DNA of 64,000 nt from the human T2T-CHM13v2.0 reference genome, Homo sapiens. The stretch lies in assembly GCF_009914755.1 (NCBI RefSeq), contig NC_060946.1. One strand, written 5' to 3'. Position numbers and translations under genes: made by a program. The notes under the pieces are model-generated. The model did no database searches and was not told where the DNA came from. It was given only the letters and a program-made list of their open reading frames with translations. The stretch's first letter is position 1, and every line of letters begins with the position of its first letter. Below, one piece after another: positions 38,601-52,900 of the stretch.

Positions 38601-40959
38601 TGCTTCTGTCTAGTTTTTATTTGAAGATATTTCCTTTCTCACCATAGAGCTGAAAGCTGTCCTAATGTTCACTTCCAGATACTACAGAAAGAGTGTTTCA
38701 AAACTGCTGTACGAAAGGGAATGTTCAACTCTGTGACTTGAATGCACACATCACAAAGAAGTTTCTGAGGATGCTGCTGTCTACTTTTTATACGTAATCC
38801 CGTTTCCAACGAAATCCTCCAAGCTATCCAAATATCCACTTGCAGATTCCACAGAAAGACTGTTTCAAAACTGCTCTGTCAATAGAAAGGTTCAACTCTG
38901 TTAGCTGCGTGCATATATCCCAAAGAAGATTCTGAGATTGCTTCTGTCTAGTTTTTATGGGAAGATATTTCCCTTTTCACCGTAGGCGTCAAGGCGCTCC
39001 AAATGTCCACTTCCAGATACTACAAAAAGAGTGTTTCAAACCTACTCTGTGAAAGGGAATATTCAACTCTGTGACTTGAATGCACATATCACAAAGAAGT
39101 TTCTGAGAATGCTTCTGTCGAGATTTTATATGAAGATATTCCCGTTTCCAACGAAATCCTGAAATCTATCCAAATATCCCCTCGCAGATTCTACAAAAAG
39201 AGTGTTTCAAAACTGCTCTGTAAAAAGAAAGGTTCAACTCTGTTAGTTGAGTGCACACATCACAAACAAGTTTCACAGAATGCTTCTTTCTAGCTTGTAG
39301 GGGAAGATATTCCCTTTATCACCATGGGCCTCAAACCGTCCGAAACGTCCACTTCCATATACTACAAAAAGAGCGTTTCAAACCTGCTCTATGAAAGGCA
39401 ATGTTCAACTCTGTGACTTGAATGCAGACATCACAGAGCAGTTTCTGAGAATGCTTCTGTCTAGATTTTATAGGAAGATATTCCCGTTTCCAACGAAATC
39501 TTCACAGCTATCCCAATATCCACTTGCAGATTCTACAAAAAGAGTGTATCAAAACTGCTCTGTCAAAAGGAAGGTTCTTCTCTGTTAGGTGAGTGCATAC
39601 GTCATAAAGGAGTTTCTGAGAATGTTTCTGTCTAGTGGTTATGGGAAGATATTTGCTTTTTCACCGAAGGCCTCAGAGCGCTCCAAATATCAACTTGCAC
39701 ATACTACAAAATGAGTGCCTCAAAGCTGCTCTCTGAAACGGAATGTTCAACTCTATGAGTTGAATGCAAACATCACAAAGACGTTTCCGAGAATGCTTCT
39801 GTCTAGATTTGACATGAAGATATTCCCGTTTCCAACGAAATCTTCAAATCTATCCAAATGTCCACTTGCAGATTCAACAAAAAGTGTTTTTCAGAACTGC
39901 TCTATCAAAAGAAAGATCCATCTCTGTTAGCTGAGTTCACACATCACAAACAAGTTTATGAGAATGCTTCTGTCTAGTTTTTATTTGAAGATATTTCCTT
40001 TCTCACCATAGAGCTGAAAGCTGTCCTAATGTTCACTTCCAGATACTACAGAAAGAGTGTTTCAAAACTGCTGTACGAAAGGGAATGTTCAACTCTGTGA
40101 CTTGAATGCACACATCACAAAGAAGTTTCTGAGGATGCTGCTGTCTACTTTTTATACGTAATCCCGTTTCCAACGAAATCCTCCAAGCTATCCAAATATC
40201 CACTTGCAGATTCCACAGAAAGACTGTTTCAAAACTGCTCTGTCAATAGAAAGGTTCAACTCTGTTAACTGCGTGCATATATCCCAAAGAAGATTCTGAG
40301 ATTGCTTCTGTCTAGTTTTTATGGGAAGATATTTCCCTTTTCACCGTAGGCGTCAAGGCGCTCCAAATGTCCACTTCCAGATACTACAAAAAGAGTGTTT
40401 CAAACCTACTCTGTGAAAGGGAATATTCAACTCTGTGACTTGAATGGACATATCACAAAGAAGTTTCTGAGAATGCTTCTGTCGAGATTTTATATGAAGA
40501 TATTCCCGTTTCCAACGAAATCCTGAAATCTATCCAAATATCCCCTCGCAGATTCTACAAAAAGAGTGTTTCAAAACTGCTCTGTAAAAAGAAAGGTTCA
40601 ACTCTGTTAGTTGAGTACACACATCACAAACAAGTTTCACAGAATGCTTCTTTCTAGCTTGTAGGGGAAGATATTCCCTTTATCACCATGGGCCTCCAAC
40701 CGTCCGAAACATCCACTTCCATATACTAGAAAAAGAGCGTTTCAAACCTGCTCTATGAAAGGCAATGTTCAACTCTGTGACTTGAATGCAGACATCACAG
40801 AGCAGTTTCTGAGAATGCTTCTGTCTAGATTTTATAGGAAGATATTCCCGTTTCCAACGAAACCTTCACAGCTATCCAAATATCCACTTGCAGATTCTAC
40901 AAAAAGAGTGTATCAAAACTGCTCTGTCAAAAGGAAGGTTCTTCTCTGTTAGGTGAGTG

Positions 40960-43900
40960 CATACGTCATAAAGGATTTTCTGAGAATGTTTCAGTCTAGT
41001 GGTTATGGGAAGATATTTGCTTTTTCACCGTAGACCTCACAGCGCTCCAAATATCCACTTGCACATACTACAAAAAGAGTGCTTCAAAGCTGCCCTCTGA
41101 AACGGAATGTTCAACTCTATGAGTTGAATGCAAACATCACAAAGACGTTTCTGAGAATGCTTCTGTCTAGATTTGATATGAAGATATTCCCGTTTCCAAC
41201 GAAATCTTCAAATCTATCCAAATGTCCACTTGCAGATTCAACAAAAAGTGTTTTCCCGAACTGCTCTATCAAAAGAAAGATCCGCCTCTGTTAGCTGAGT
41301 CCACACATCACAAACAAGTTTATGAGAATGCTTCTGTCTAGTTTTTATTTGAAGATATTTCCTTTCTCACCATAGACCTGAAAGCTGTCCTAATGTTCAC
41401 TTCCAGATACTACAGAAAGAGTGTTTCAAAACTGCTGTACGAAAGGGAATGTTCAACCCTGTGACTTGAATGCACACATCACAAAGAAGTTTCTGAGGAT
41501 GCTGCTGTCTACTTTTTATACGTAATCCCGTTTCCAACGAAATCCTCCAATCTATCCAAATATCCACTTGCAGATTCCACAGAAAGACTGTTTCAAATCT
41601 GCTCTGTCAACAGAAAGATTCAACTCTGTTAGCTGCGTGCATATATCCCAAAGAAGATTCTGAGATTGCTTCTGTCTAGTTTTTATGGGAAGATATTTTC
41701 CTTTTCACCGTAGGCGTCAAGGCGCTCCAAATGTCCACTTCCAGATACTACAAAAAGAGTGTTTCAAACCTACTCTGTGAAAGGGAATATTCAACTCTGT
41801 GACTTGAATGCACATATCACAAAGAAGTTTCTGAGAATGCTTCTGTCGAGATTTTATATGAAGATATTCCCGTTTCCAACGAAATCCTGAAATCTCTCCA
41901 AATATCCCCTCGCAGATTCTACAAAAAGAGTGTTTCAAAACTGCTCTGTAAAAAGAAAGGTTCAACTCTGTTACTTGAGTACACACATCACAAACAAGTT
42001 TCACAGAATGATTCTTTCTAGCTTGTAGGGGAAGATATTCCCTTTATCACCATGGGCCTCAAACCGTCCGAAACGTCCACTTCCATATACTACAAAAAGA
42101 GCGTTTCAAACCTGCTCTATGAAAGGCAATGTTCAACTCTGTGACTTGAATGCAGACATCACAGAGCAGTTTCTGAGAATGCTTCTGTCTAGATTTTATA
42201 GGAAGATATTACCGTTTCCAACGAAATCTTCACAGCTATCCCAATATCCACTTGCAGATTCTACAAAAAGAGTGTATCAAAACTGCTCTGTCAAAAGGAA
42301 GGTTCTTCTCTGTTAGTTGAGTACATACGTCATAAAGGAGTTTCTGAGAATGTTTCTGTCTAGTGGTTATGGGAAGATATTTGCTTTTTCACCTTAGGCC
42401 TCAGAGCGCTCCAAATATCCACTTGCACATACTACAAAAAGAGTGCTTCAAAGCTGCTCTCTGAAAGGGAATGTTCAACTCTATGAGTTGAATGCAAACA
42501 TCCCAAAGACGTTTCTGACAATGCTTCTGTCTAGATTTGATATGAAGATATTCCCGTTTCCAACGAAATCTTCAAATCTATCCAAATGTCCACTTGCAGA
42601 TTCAACAAAAAGTGTTTTTCCGAACTGCTCTATCAAAAGAAAGATCCGCCTCTGTTAGCTGAGTTCACACATCACAAACAAGTTTATGAGAATGCTTCTG
42701 TCTAGTTTTTATTTGAAGATATTTCCTTTCTCACCATAGACCTGAAAGCTGTCCTAATGTTCACTTCCAGATACTACAGAAAGAGTGTTTCAAAACTGCT
42801 GTATGAAAGGGAATGTTCAACTCTGTGACTTGAATGCACACATCACAAATAAGTTTCTGAGGATGCTGCTGTCTACTTTTTATACGTAATCCCGTTTCCA
42901 ACGAAATCCTCCAATCTATCCAAATATCCACTTGCAGATTCCACAGAAAGACTGTTTCAAATCTGCTCTGTCAATAGAAAGATTCAACTCTCTTAGCTGC
43001 GTGCATATATCCCAAAGAAGATTCTGAGATTGCTTCTGTCTAGTTTTTATGGGAAGATATTTCCCTTTTCACTGTAGGCGTCAAGGCGCTCCAAATGTCC
43101 ACTTCCAGATACTACAAAAAGAGTGTTTCAAACCTACTCTGTGAAAGGGAATATTCAACTCTGTGACTTGAATGCACATATCACAAAGAAGTTTCTGAGA
43201 ATGCTTCTGTCGAGATTTTATATGAAGATATTCCCGTTTCCAACGAAATCCTGAAATCTATCCAAATATCCCCTCGCAGATTCTACAAAAAGAGTGTTTC
43301 AAAACTGCTCTGTAAAAAGAAAGGTTCAACTCTGTTAGTTGAGTACACACATCACAAACAAGTTTCACAGAATGCTTCTTTCTAGCTTGTAGGGGAAGAT
43401 ATTCCCTTTATCACCATGGGCCTCAAACCGTCCGAAACGTCCACTTCCATATGCTACAAAAAGAACGTTTCAAACCTGCTCTAGGAAAGGCAATGTTCAA
43501 CTCTGTGACTTGAATGCAGACATCACAGAGCAGTTTCTGAGAATGCTTCTGTCTAGATTTTATAGGAAGATATTCCCGTTTCCAACGAAATCTTCACAGC
43601 TATCCCAATATCCACTTGCAGATTCTACAAAAAGAGTGTATCAAAACTGCTCTGTCAAAAGGAAGGTTCTTCTCTGTTAGGTGAGTGCATACGTCATAAA
43701 GCAGTTTCTGAGAATGTTTCTGTCTAGTGGTTATGGGAAGATATTTCCTTTTTCACAGAAGGCCTCAGAGCGCTCCAAATATCCACTTGCACATACTACA
43801 AAAAGAGTGCCTCAAAGCTGCTCTCTGAAACGTAATGTTCAACTTTATGAGTTGAATGCAAACATCACAAAGACGTTTCCGAGAATGCTTCTGTCTAGAT

Positions 43901-46900
43901 TTGATATGAAGATATTCCCGTTTCCAACGAAATCTTCAAATCTATCCAAATGTCCACTTGCAGATTCAACAAAAAGTGTTTTTCAGATCTGCTCTATCAA
44001 AAGAAAGATCCATCTCTGTTAGCTGAGTTCACACATCACAAACAAGTTTATGAGAATGCTTCTGTCTAGTTTTTATTTGAAGATATTTCCTTTCTCACCA
44101 TAGACCTGAAAGCTGTCCTAATGTTCACTTCCAGATACTACAGAAAGAGTGTTTCAAAACTGCTGTACGAAAGGGAATGTTCAACTCTGTGACTTGAATG
44201 CACACATCACAAAGAAGTTTCTGAGGATGCTGCTGTCTACTTTTTATACGTAATCCCGTTTCCAACGAAATCCTCCAAGCTATCCAAATATCCACTTGGA
44301 GATTCCACAGAAAGACTGTTTCAAAACTGCTCTGTCAATAGAAAGGTTCAACTCTGTTAACTGCGTGCATATATCCCAAAGAAGATTCTGAGATTGCTTC
44401 TGTCTAGTTTTTATGGGAAGATATTTCCCTTTTCACCGTAGGCGTCAAGGCGCTCCAAATGTCCACTTCCAGATACTACAAAAAGAGTGTTTCAAACCTA
44501 CTCTGTGAAAGGGAATATTCAACTCTGTGACTTGAATGCACATATCACAAAGAAGTTTCTGAGAATGCTTCTGTCGAGATTTTATATGAAGATATTCCCG
44601 TTTCCAACGAAATCCTGAAATCTATCCAAATATCCCCTCGCAGATTCTACAAAAAGAGTGTTTCAAAACTGCTCTGTAAAAAGAAAGGTTCAACTCTGTT
44701 AGTTGAGTACACACTTCACAAACAAGTTTCACAGAATGCTTCTTTCTAGCTTGTAGGGGAAGATATTCCCTTTATCACCATGGGCCTCCAACCGTCCGAA
44801 ACATCCACTTCCATATACTACAAAAAGAGCGTTTCAAACCTGCTCTATGAAAGGCAATGTTCAACTCTGTGACTTGAATGCAGACATCACAGAGCAGTTT
44901 CTGAGAATGCTTCTGTCTAGATTTTATAGGAAGATATTCCCGTTTCCAACGAAATCTTCACAGATATCCAAATATCCACTTGCAGATTCTACAAAAAGAG
45001 TGTATCAAAACTGCTCTGTCAAAAGGAAGGTTCTTCTCTGTTAGGTGAGTGCATACGTCATAAAGGAGTTTCTGAGAATGTTTCTGTCTAGTGGTTATGG
45101 GAAGATATTTGCTTTTTCACCGTAGGCCTCAGAGCGCTCCAAATATCCACTTGCACATACTACAAAAAGAGTGCCTCAAAGCTGCTCTCTGAAACGGAAT
45201 GTTCAACTCTATGAGTTGAATGCAAACATCGCAAAGACGTTTCTGAGAATGCTTCTGTCTAGATTTGATATGAAGATATTCCCGTTTCCAACGAAATCTT
45301 CAAATCTATCCAAATGTCCACTTGCAGATTCAACAAAAAGTGTTTTTCAGAACTGCTCTATCAAAAGAAAGATCCACCTCTGTTAGCTGAGTTCACACAT
45401 CACAAACAAGTTTATGAGAATGCTTCTGTCTAGTTTTTATTTGAAGATATTTCCTTTCTCACCATAGACCTGAAAGCTGTCCTAATGTTCACTTCCAGAT
45501 ACTACAGAAAGAGTGTTTCAAAACTGCTGTACGAAAGGGAATGTTCAACTCTGTGACTTGAATGCACACATCACAAAGAAGTTTCTGAGGATGCTGCTGT
45601 CTACTTTTTATACGTAATCCCGTTTCCAACGAAATCCTCCAAGCTATCCAAATATCCACTTGCAGATTCCACAGAAAGACTGTTTCAAAACTGCTCTGTC
45701 AATAGAAAGGTTCAACTCTGTTAGCTGCATGCATATATCCCAAAGAAGATTCTGAGATTGCTTCTGTCTAGTTTTTATGGGAAGATATTTCCCTTTTCAC
45801 TGTAGGCGTCAAGGCGCTCCAAATGTCCACTTCCAGATACTACAAAAAGAGTGTTTCAAACCTACTCTGTGAAAGGGAATATTCAACTCTGTGACTTGAA
45901 TGCTGATATCACAAAGAAGTTTCTGAGAATGCTTCTGTCTAGATTTTATAGGAAGATATTCCCGTTTCCAACGAAATCTTCACAGCTATCCAAATATCCA
46001 CTTGCAGATTCTACAAAAAGAGTGTATCAAAACTGCTCTGTCAAAAGGAAGGTTCTTCTCTGTTAGGTGAGTGCATACGTCATAAAGGAGTTTCTGAGAA
46101 TGTTTCTGTCTAGTGGTTATGGGAAGATATTTGCTTTTTCACCGTAGGCCTCAGAGCTCTCCAAATATCCACTTGCACATACTACAAAAAGTGTGCCTCA
46201 AAGCTGCTCTCTGAAACGGAATGTTCAACTCTATGAGTTGAATGCAAACATCACAAAGACGTTTCTGAGAATGCTTCTGTCTAGATTTGATATGAAGATA
46301 TTCCCGTTTCCAACGAAATCTTCAAATCTATCGAAATGTCCACTTGCAGATTCAACAAAAAGTGTTTTTCAGAACTGCTCTATCAAAAGAAAGATCCACC
46401 TCTGTTAGCTGAGTTCACACATCACAAACAAGTTTATGAGAATGCTTCTGTCTAGTTTTTATTTGAAGATATTTCCTTTCTCACCATAGACCTGAAAGCT
46501 GTCCTAATGTTCACTTCCAGATACTACAGAAAGTGTTTCAAACTGCTGTACGAAAGGGAATGTTCAACTCTGTGACTTGAATGCACACATCACAAAGAAG
46601 TTTCTGAGGATGCTGCTGTCTACTTTTTATACGTAATCCCGTTTCCAACGAAACCCTCCAAGCTATCCAAATATCCACTTGCAGATTCCACAGAAAGACT
46701 GTTTCAAAACTGCTCTGTCAATAGAAAGGTTCAACTCTGTTAGCTGCGTGCATATATCCCAAAGAAGATTCTGAGATTGCTTCTGTCTAGTTTTTATGGG
46801 AAGATATTTCCCTTTTCACCGTAGGCGTCAAGGCGCTCCAAATGTCCACTTCCAGATGCTACAAAAAGAGTGTTTCAAACCTACTCTGTGAAAGGGAATA

Positions 46901-49900
46901 TTCAACTCTGTGACTTGAATGCACATATCACAAAGAAGTTTCTGAGAATGCTTCTGTCGAGATTTTATATGAAGATATTCCCGTTTCCAACGAAATCCTG
47001 AAATCTATCCAAATATCCCCTCGCAGATTCTACAAAAAGAGTGTTTCAAAACTGCTCTGTAAAAAGAAAGGTTCAACTCTGTTACTTCAGTACACACATC
47101 ACAAACAAGTTTCACAGAATGCTTCTTTCTAGCTTGTAGGGGAAGATATTCCCTTTATCACCATGGGCCTCAAACCGTCCGAAACGTCCACTTCCATATA
47201 CTAGAAAAAGAGCGTTTCAAACCTGCTCTAGGAAAGGCAATGTTCAACTCTGTGACTTGAATGCAGACATCACAGAGCAGTTTCTGAGAATGCTTCTGTC
47301 TAGATTTTATAGGAAGATATTCCCGTTTCCAACGAAATCTTCACAGCTATCCAAATATCCACTTGCAGATTCTACAAAAAGAGTGTATCAAAACTGCTCT
47401 GTCAAAAGGAAGGTTCTTCTCTGTTAGTTGAGTACATACGTCATAAAGGAGTTTCTGAGAATGTTTCTGTCTAGTGGTTATGGGAAGATATTTGCTTTTT
47501 CACCTTAGGCCTCAGAGCGCTCCAAATATCCACTTGCACATACTACAAAAAGAGTGCTTCAAAGCTGCTCTCTGAAAGGGAATGTTCAACTCTATGAGTT
47601 GAATGCAAACATCCCAAAGACGTTTCTGACAATGCTTCTGTCTAGATTTGATATGAAGATATTCCCGTTTCCAACGAAATCTTCAAATCTATCGAAATGT
47701 CCACTTGCAGATTCAACAAAAAGTGTTTTTCCGAACTGCTCTATCAAAAGAAAGATCCGCCTCTGTTAGCTGAGTTCACACATCACAAACAAGTTTATGA
47801 GAATGCTTCTGTCTAGTTTTTATTTGAAGATATTTCCTTTCTCACCATAGACCTGAAAGCTGTCCTAATGTTCACTTCCAGATACTACAGAAAGAGTGTT
47901 TCAAAACTGCTGTATGAAAGGGAATGTTCAACTCTGTGACTTGAATGCACACATCACAAATAAGTTTCTGAGGATGCTGCTGTCTACTTTTTATACGTAA
48001 TCCCGTTTCCAACGAAATCCTCCAATCTATCCAAATATCCACTTGCAGATTCCACAGAAAGACTGTTTCAAATCTGCTCTGTCAATAGAAAGATTCAACT
48101 CTCTTAGCTGCGTGCATATATCCCAAAGAAGATTCTGAGATTGCTTCTGTCTAGTTTTTATGGGAAGACATTTCCCTTTTCACCGTAGGCGTCAAGGCGC
48201 TCCAAATGTCCACTTCCAGATACTACAAAAAGAGTGTTTCAAACCTACTCTGTGAAAGGGAATATTCAACTCTGTGACTTGAATGCACATATCACAAAGA
48301 AGTTTCTGAGAATGCTTCTGTCGAGATTTTATATGAAGATATTCCCGTTTCCAACGAAATCCTGAAATCTATCCAAATATCCCCTCGCAGATTCTACAAA
48401 AAGAGTGTTTCAAAACTGCTCTGTAAAAAGAAAGGTTCAACTCTGTTAGTTGAGTACACACATCACAAACAAGTTTCACAGAATGCTTCTTTCTAGCTTG
48501 TAGGGGAAGATATTCCCTTTATCACCATGGGCCTCAAACCGTCCGAAACGTCCACTTCCATATACTACAAAAAGAGCGTTTCAAACCTGCTCTAGGAAAG
48601 GCAATGTTCAACTCTGTGACTTGAATGCAGACATCACAGAGCAGTTTCTGAGAATGCTTCTGTCTAGATTTTATAGGAAGATATTCCCGTTTCCAACGAA
48701 ATCTTCACAGCTATCCAAATATCCACTTGCAGATTCTACAAAAAGAGTGTATCAAAACTGCTCTGTCAAAAGGAAGGTTCTTCTCTGTTAGGTGAGTGCA
48801 TACGTCATAAAGGATTTTCTGAGAATGTTTCAGTCTAGTGGTTATGGGAAGATATTTGCTTTTTCACCGTAGACCTCACAGCGCTCCAAATATCCACTTG
48901 CACATACTACAAAAAGAGTGCTTCAAAGCTGCCCTCTGAAACGGAATGTTCAACTCTATGAGTTGAATGCAAACATCACAAAGACGTTTCTGAGAATGCT
49001 TCTGTCTAGATTTGATATGAAGATATTCCCGTTTCCAACGAAATCTTCAAATCTATCCAAATGTCCACTTGCAGATTCAACAAAAAGTGTTTTCCCGAAC
49101 TGCTCTATCAAAAGAAAGATCCGCCTCTGTTAGCTGAGTCCACACATCACAAACAAGTTTATGAGAATGCTTCTGTCTAGTTTTTATTTGAAGATATTTC
49201 CTTTCTCACCATAGACCTGAAAGCTGTCCTAATGTTCACTTCCAGATACTACAGAAAGAGTGTTTCAAAACTGCTGTACGAAAGGGAATGTTCAACCCTG
49301 TGACTTGAATGCACACATCACAAAGAAGTTTCTGAGGATGCTGCTGTCTACTTTTTATACGTAATCCCGTTTCCAACGAAATCCTCCAATCTATCCAAAT
49401 ATCCACTTGCAGATTCCACAGAAAGACTGTTTCAAATCTGCTCTGTCAACAGAAAGATTCAACTCTGTTAGCTGCGTTCATATATCCCAAAGAAGATTCT
49501 GAGATTGCTTCTGTCTAGTTTTTATGGGAAGATATTTCCCTTTTCACCGTAGGCGTCAAGGCGCTCCAAATGTCCACTTCCAGATACTACAAAAAGAGTG
49601 TTTCAAACCTACTCTGTGAAAGGGAATATTCAACTCTGTGACTTGAATGCACATATCACAAAGAAGTTTCTGAGAATGCTTCTGTCGAGATTTTATATGA
49701 AGATATTCCCGTTTCCAACGAAATCCTGAAATCTCTCCAAATATCCCCTCGCAGATTCTACAAAAAGAGTGTTTCAAAACTGCTCTGTAAAAAGAAAGGT
49801 TCAACTCTGTTACTTGAGTACACACATCACAAACAAGTTTCACAGAATGCTTCTTTCTAGCTTGTAGGGGAAGATATTCCCTTTATCACCATGGGCCTCA

Positions 49901-52900
49901 AACCGTCCGAAACGTCCACTTCCATATACTACAAAAAGAGCGTTTCAAACCTGCTCTAGGAAAGGCAATGTTCAACTCTGTGACTTGAATGCAGACATCA
50001 CAGAGTAGTTTCTGAGAATGCTTCTGTCTAGATTTTATAGGAAGATATTACCGTTTCCAACGAAATCTTCACAGCTATCCCAATATCCACTTGCAGATTC
50101 TACAAAAAGAGTGTATCAAAACTGCTCTGTCAAAAGGAAGGTTCTTCTCTGTTAGTTGAGTACATACGTCATAAAGGAGTTTCTGAGAATGTTTCTGTCT
50201 AGTGGTTATGGGAAGATATTTGCTTTTTCACCTTAGGCCTCAGAGCGCTCCAAATATCCACTTGCACATACTACAAAAAGAGTGCTTCAAAGCTGCTCTC
50301 TGAAAGGGAATGTTCAACTCTATGAGTTGAATGCAAACATCCCAAAGACGTTTCTGACAATGCTTCTGTCTAGATTTGATATGAAGATATTCCCGTTTCC
50401 AACGAAATCTTGAAATCTATCCAAATGTCCACTTGCAGATTCAACAAAAAGTGTTTTTCCGAACTGCTCTATCAAAAGAAAGATCCGCCTCTGTTAGCTG
50501 AGTTCACACATCACAAACAAGTTTATGAGAATGCTTCTGTCTAGTTTTTATTTGAAGATATTTCCTTTCTCACCATAGACCTGAAAGCTGTCCTAATGTT
50601 CACTTCCAGATACTACAGAAAGAGTGTTTCAAAACTGCTGTATGAAAGGGAATGTTCAACTCTGTGACTTGAATGCACACATCACAAAGAAGTTTCTGAG
50701 GATGCTGCTGTCTACTTTTTATACGTAATCCCGTTTCCAACGAAATCCTCCAATCTATCCAAATATCCACTTGCAGATTCCACAGAAAGACTGTTTCAAA
50801 TCTGCTCTGTCAATAGAAAGATTCAACTCTCTTAGCTGCGTGCATATATCCCAAAGAAGATTCTGAGATTGCTTCTGTCTAGTTTTTATGGGAAGATATT
50901 TCCCTTTTCACTGTAGGCGTCAAGGCGCTCCAAATGTCCACTTCCAGATACTACAAAAAGAGTGTTTCAAACCTACTCTGTGAAAGGGAATATTCAACTC
51001 TGTGACTTGAATGCACATATCACAAAGAAGTTTCTGAGAATGCTTCTGTCGAGATTTTATATGAAGATATTCCCGTTTCCAACGAAATCCTGAAATCTAT
51101 CCAAATATCCCCTCGCAGATTCTACAAAAAGAGTGTTTCAAAACTGCTCTGTAAAAAGAAAGGTTCAACTCTGTTAGTTGAGTACACACATCACAAACAA
51201 GTTTCACAGAATGCTTCTTTCTAGCTTGTAGGGGAAGATATTCCCTTTATCACCATGGGCCTCAAACCGTCCGAAACGTCCACTTCCATATACTACAAAA
51301 AGAGCGTTTCAAACCTGCTCTAGGAAAGGCAATGTTCAACTCTGTGACTTGAATGCAGACATCACAGAGCAGTTTCTGAGAATGCTTCTGTCTAGATTTT
51401 ATAGGAAGATATTCCCGTTTCCAACGAAATCTTCACAGCTATCCCAATATCCACTTGCAGATTCTACAAAAAGAGTGTATCAAAACTGCTCTGTCAAAAG
51501 GAAGGTTCTTCTCTGTTAGGTGAGTGCATACGTCATAAAGCAGTTTCTGAGAATGTTTCTGTCTAGTGGTTATGGGAAGATATTTGCTTTTTCACAGAAG
51601 GCCTCAGAGCGCTCCAAATATCCACTTGCACATACTACAAAAAGAGTGCCTCAAAGCTGCTCTCTGAAACGTAATGTTCAACTTTATGAGTTGAATGCAA
51701 ACATCACAAAGACGTTTCTGAGAATGCTTCTGTCTAGATTTGATATGAAGATATTCCCGTTTCCAACGAAATCTTCAAATCTATCCAAATGTCCACTTGC
51801 AGATTCAACAAAAAGTTTTTTTCAGATCTGCTCTATCAAAAGAAAGATCCATCTCTGTTAGCTGAGTTCACACATCACAAACAAGTTTATGAGAATGCTT
51901 CTGTCTAGTTTTTATTTGAAGATATTTCCTTTCTCACCATAGACCTGAAAGCTGTCCTAATGTTCACTTCCAGATACTACAGAAAGAGTGTTTCAAAACT
52001 GCTGTACGAAAGGGAATGTTCAACTCTGTGACTTGAATGCACACATCACAAAGAAGTTTCTGAGGATGCTGCTGTCTACTTTTTATACGTAATCCCGTTT
52101 CCAACGAAATCCTCCAAGCTATCCAAATATCCACTTGGAGATTCCACAGAAAGACTGTTTCAAAACTGCTCTGTCAATAGAAAGGTTCAACTCTGTTAAC
52201 TGCGTGCATATATCCCAAAGAAGATTCTGAGATTGCTTCTGTCTAGTTTTTATGGGAAGATATTTCCCTTTTCACCGTAGGCGTCAAGGCGCTCCAAATG
52301 TCCACTTCCAGATACTACAAAAAGAGTGTTTCAAACCTACTCTGTGAAAGGGAATATTCAACTCTGTGACTTGAATGCACATATCACAAAGAAGTTTCTG
52401 AGAATGCTTCTGTCGAGATTTTATATGAAGATATTCCCGTTTCCAACGAAATCCTGAAATCTATCCAAATATCCCCTCGCAGATTCTACAAAAAGAGTGT
52501 TTCAAAACTGCTCTGTAAAAAGAAAGGTTCAACTCTGTTAGTTGAGTACACACTTCACAAACAAGTTTCACAGAATGCTTCTTTCTAGCTTGTAGGGGAA
52601 GATATTCCCTTTATCACCATGGGCCTCCAACCGTCCGAAACATCCACTTCCATATACTACAAAAAGAGCGTTTCAAACCTGCTCTATGAAAGGCAATGTT
52701 CAACTCTGTGACTTGAATGCAGACATCACAGAGCAGTTTCTGAGAATGCTTCTGTCTAGATTTTATAGGAAGATATTCCCGTTTCCAACGAAATCTTCAC
52801 AGATATCCAAATATCCACTTGCAGATTCTACAAAAAGAGTGTATCAAAACTGCTCTGTCAAAAGGAAGGTTCTTCTCTGTTAGGTGAGTGCATACGTCAT

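Noticed and set aside
38225-38647. Longest ORF (140 aa)
   Set aside because: A single substitution (tgttag to tgtaag, ~38564) removes a stop codon in one repeat copy; there is no evidence of coding function.
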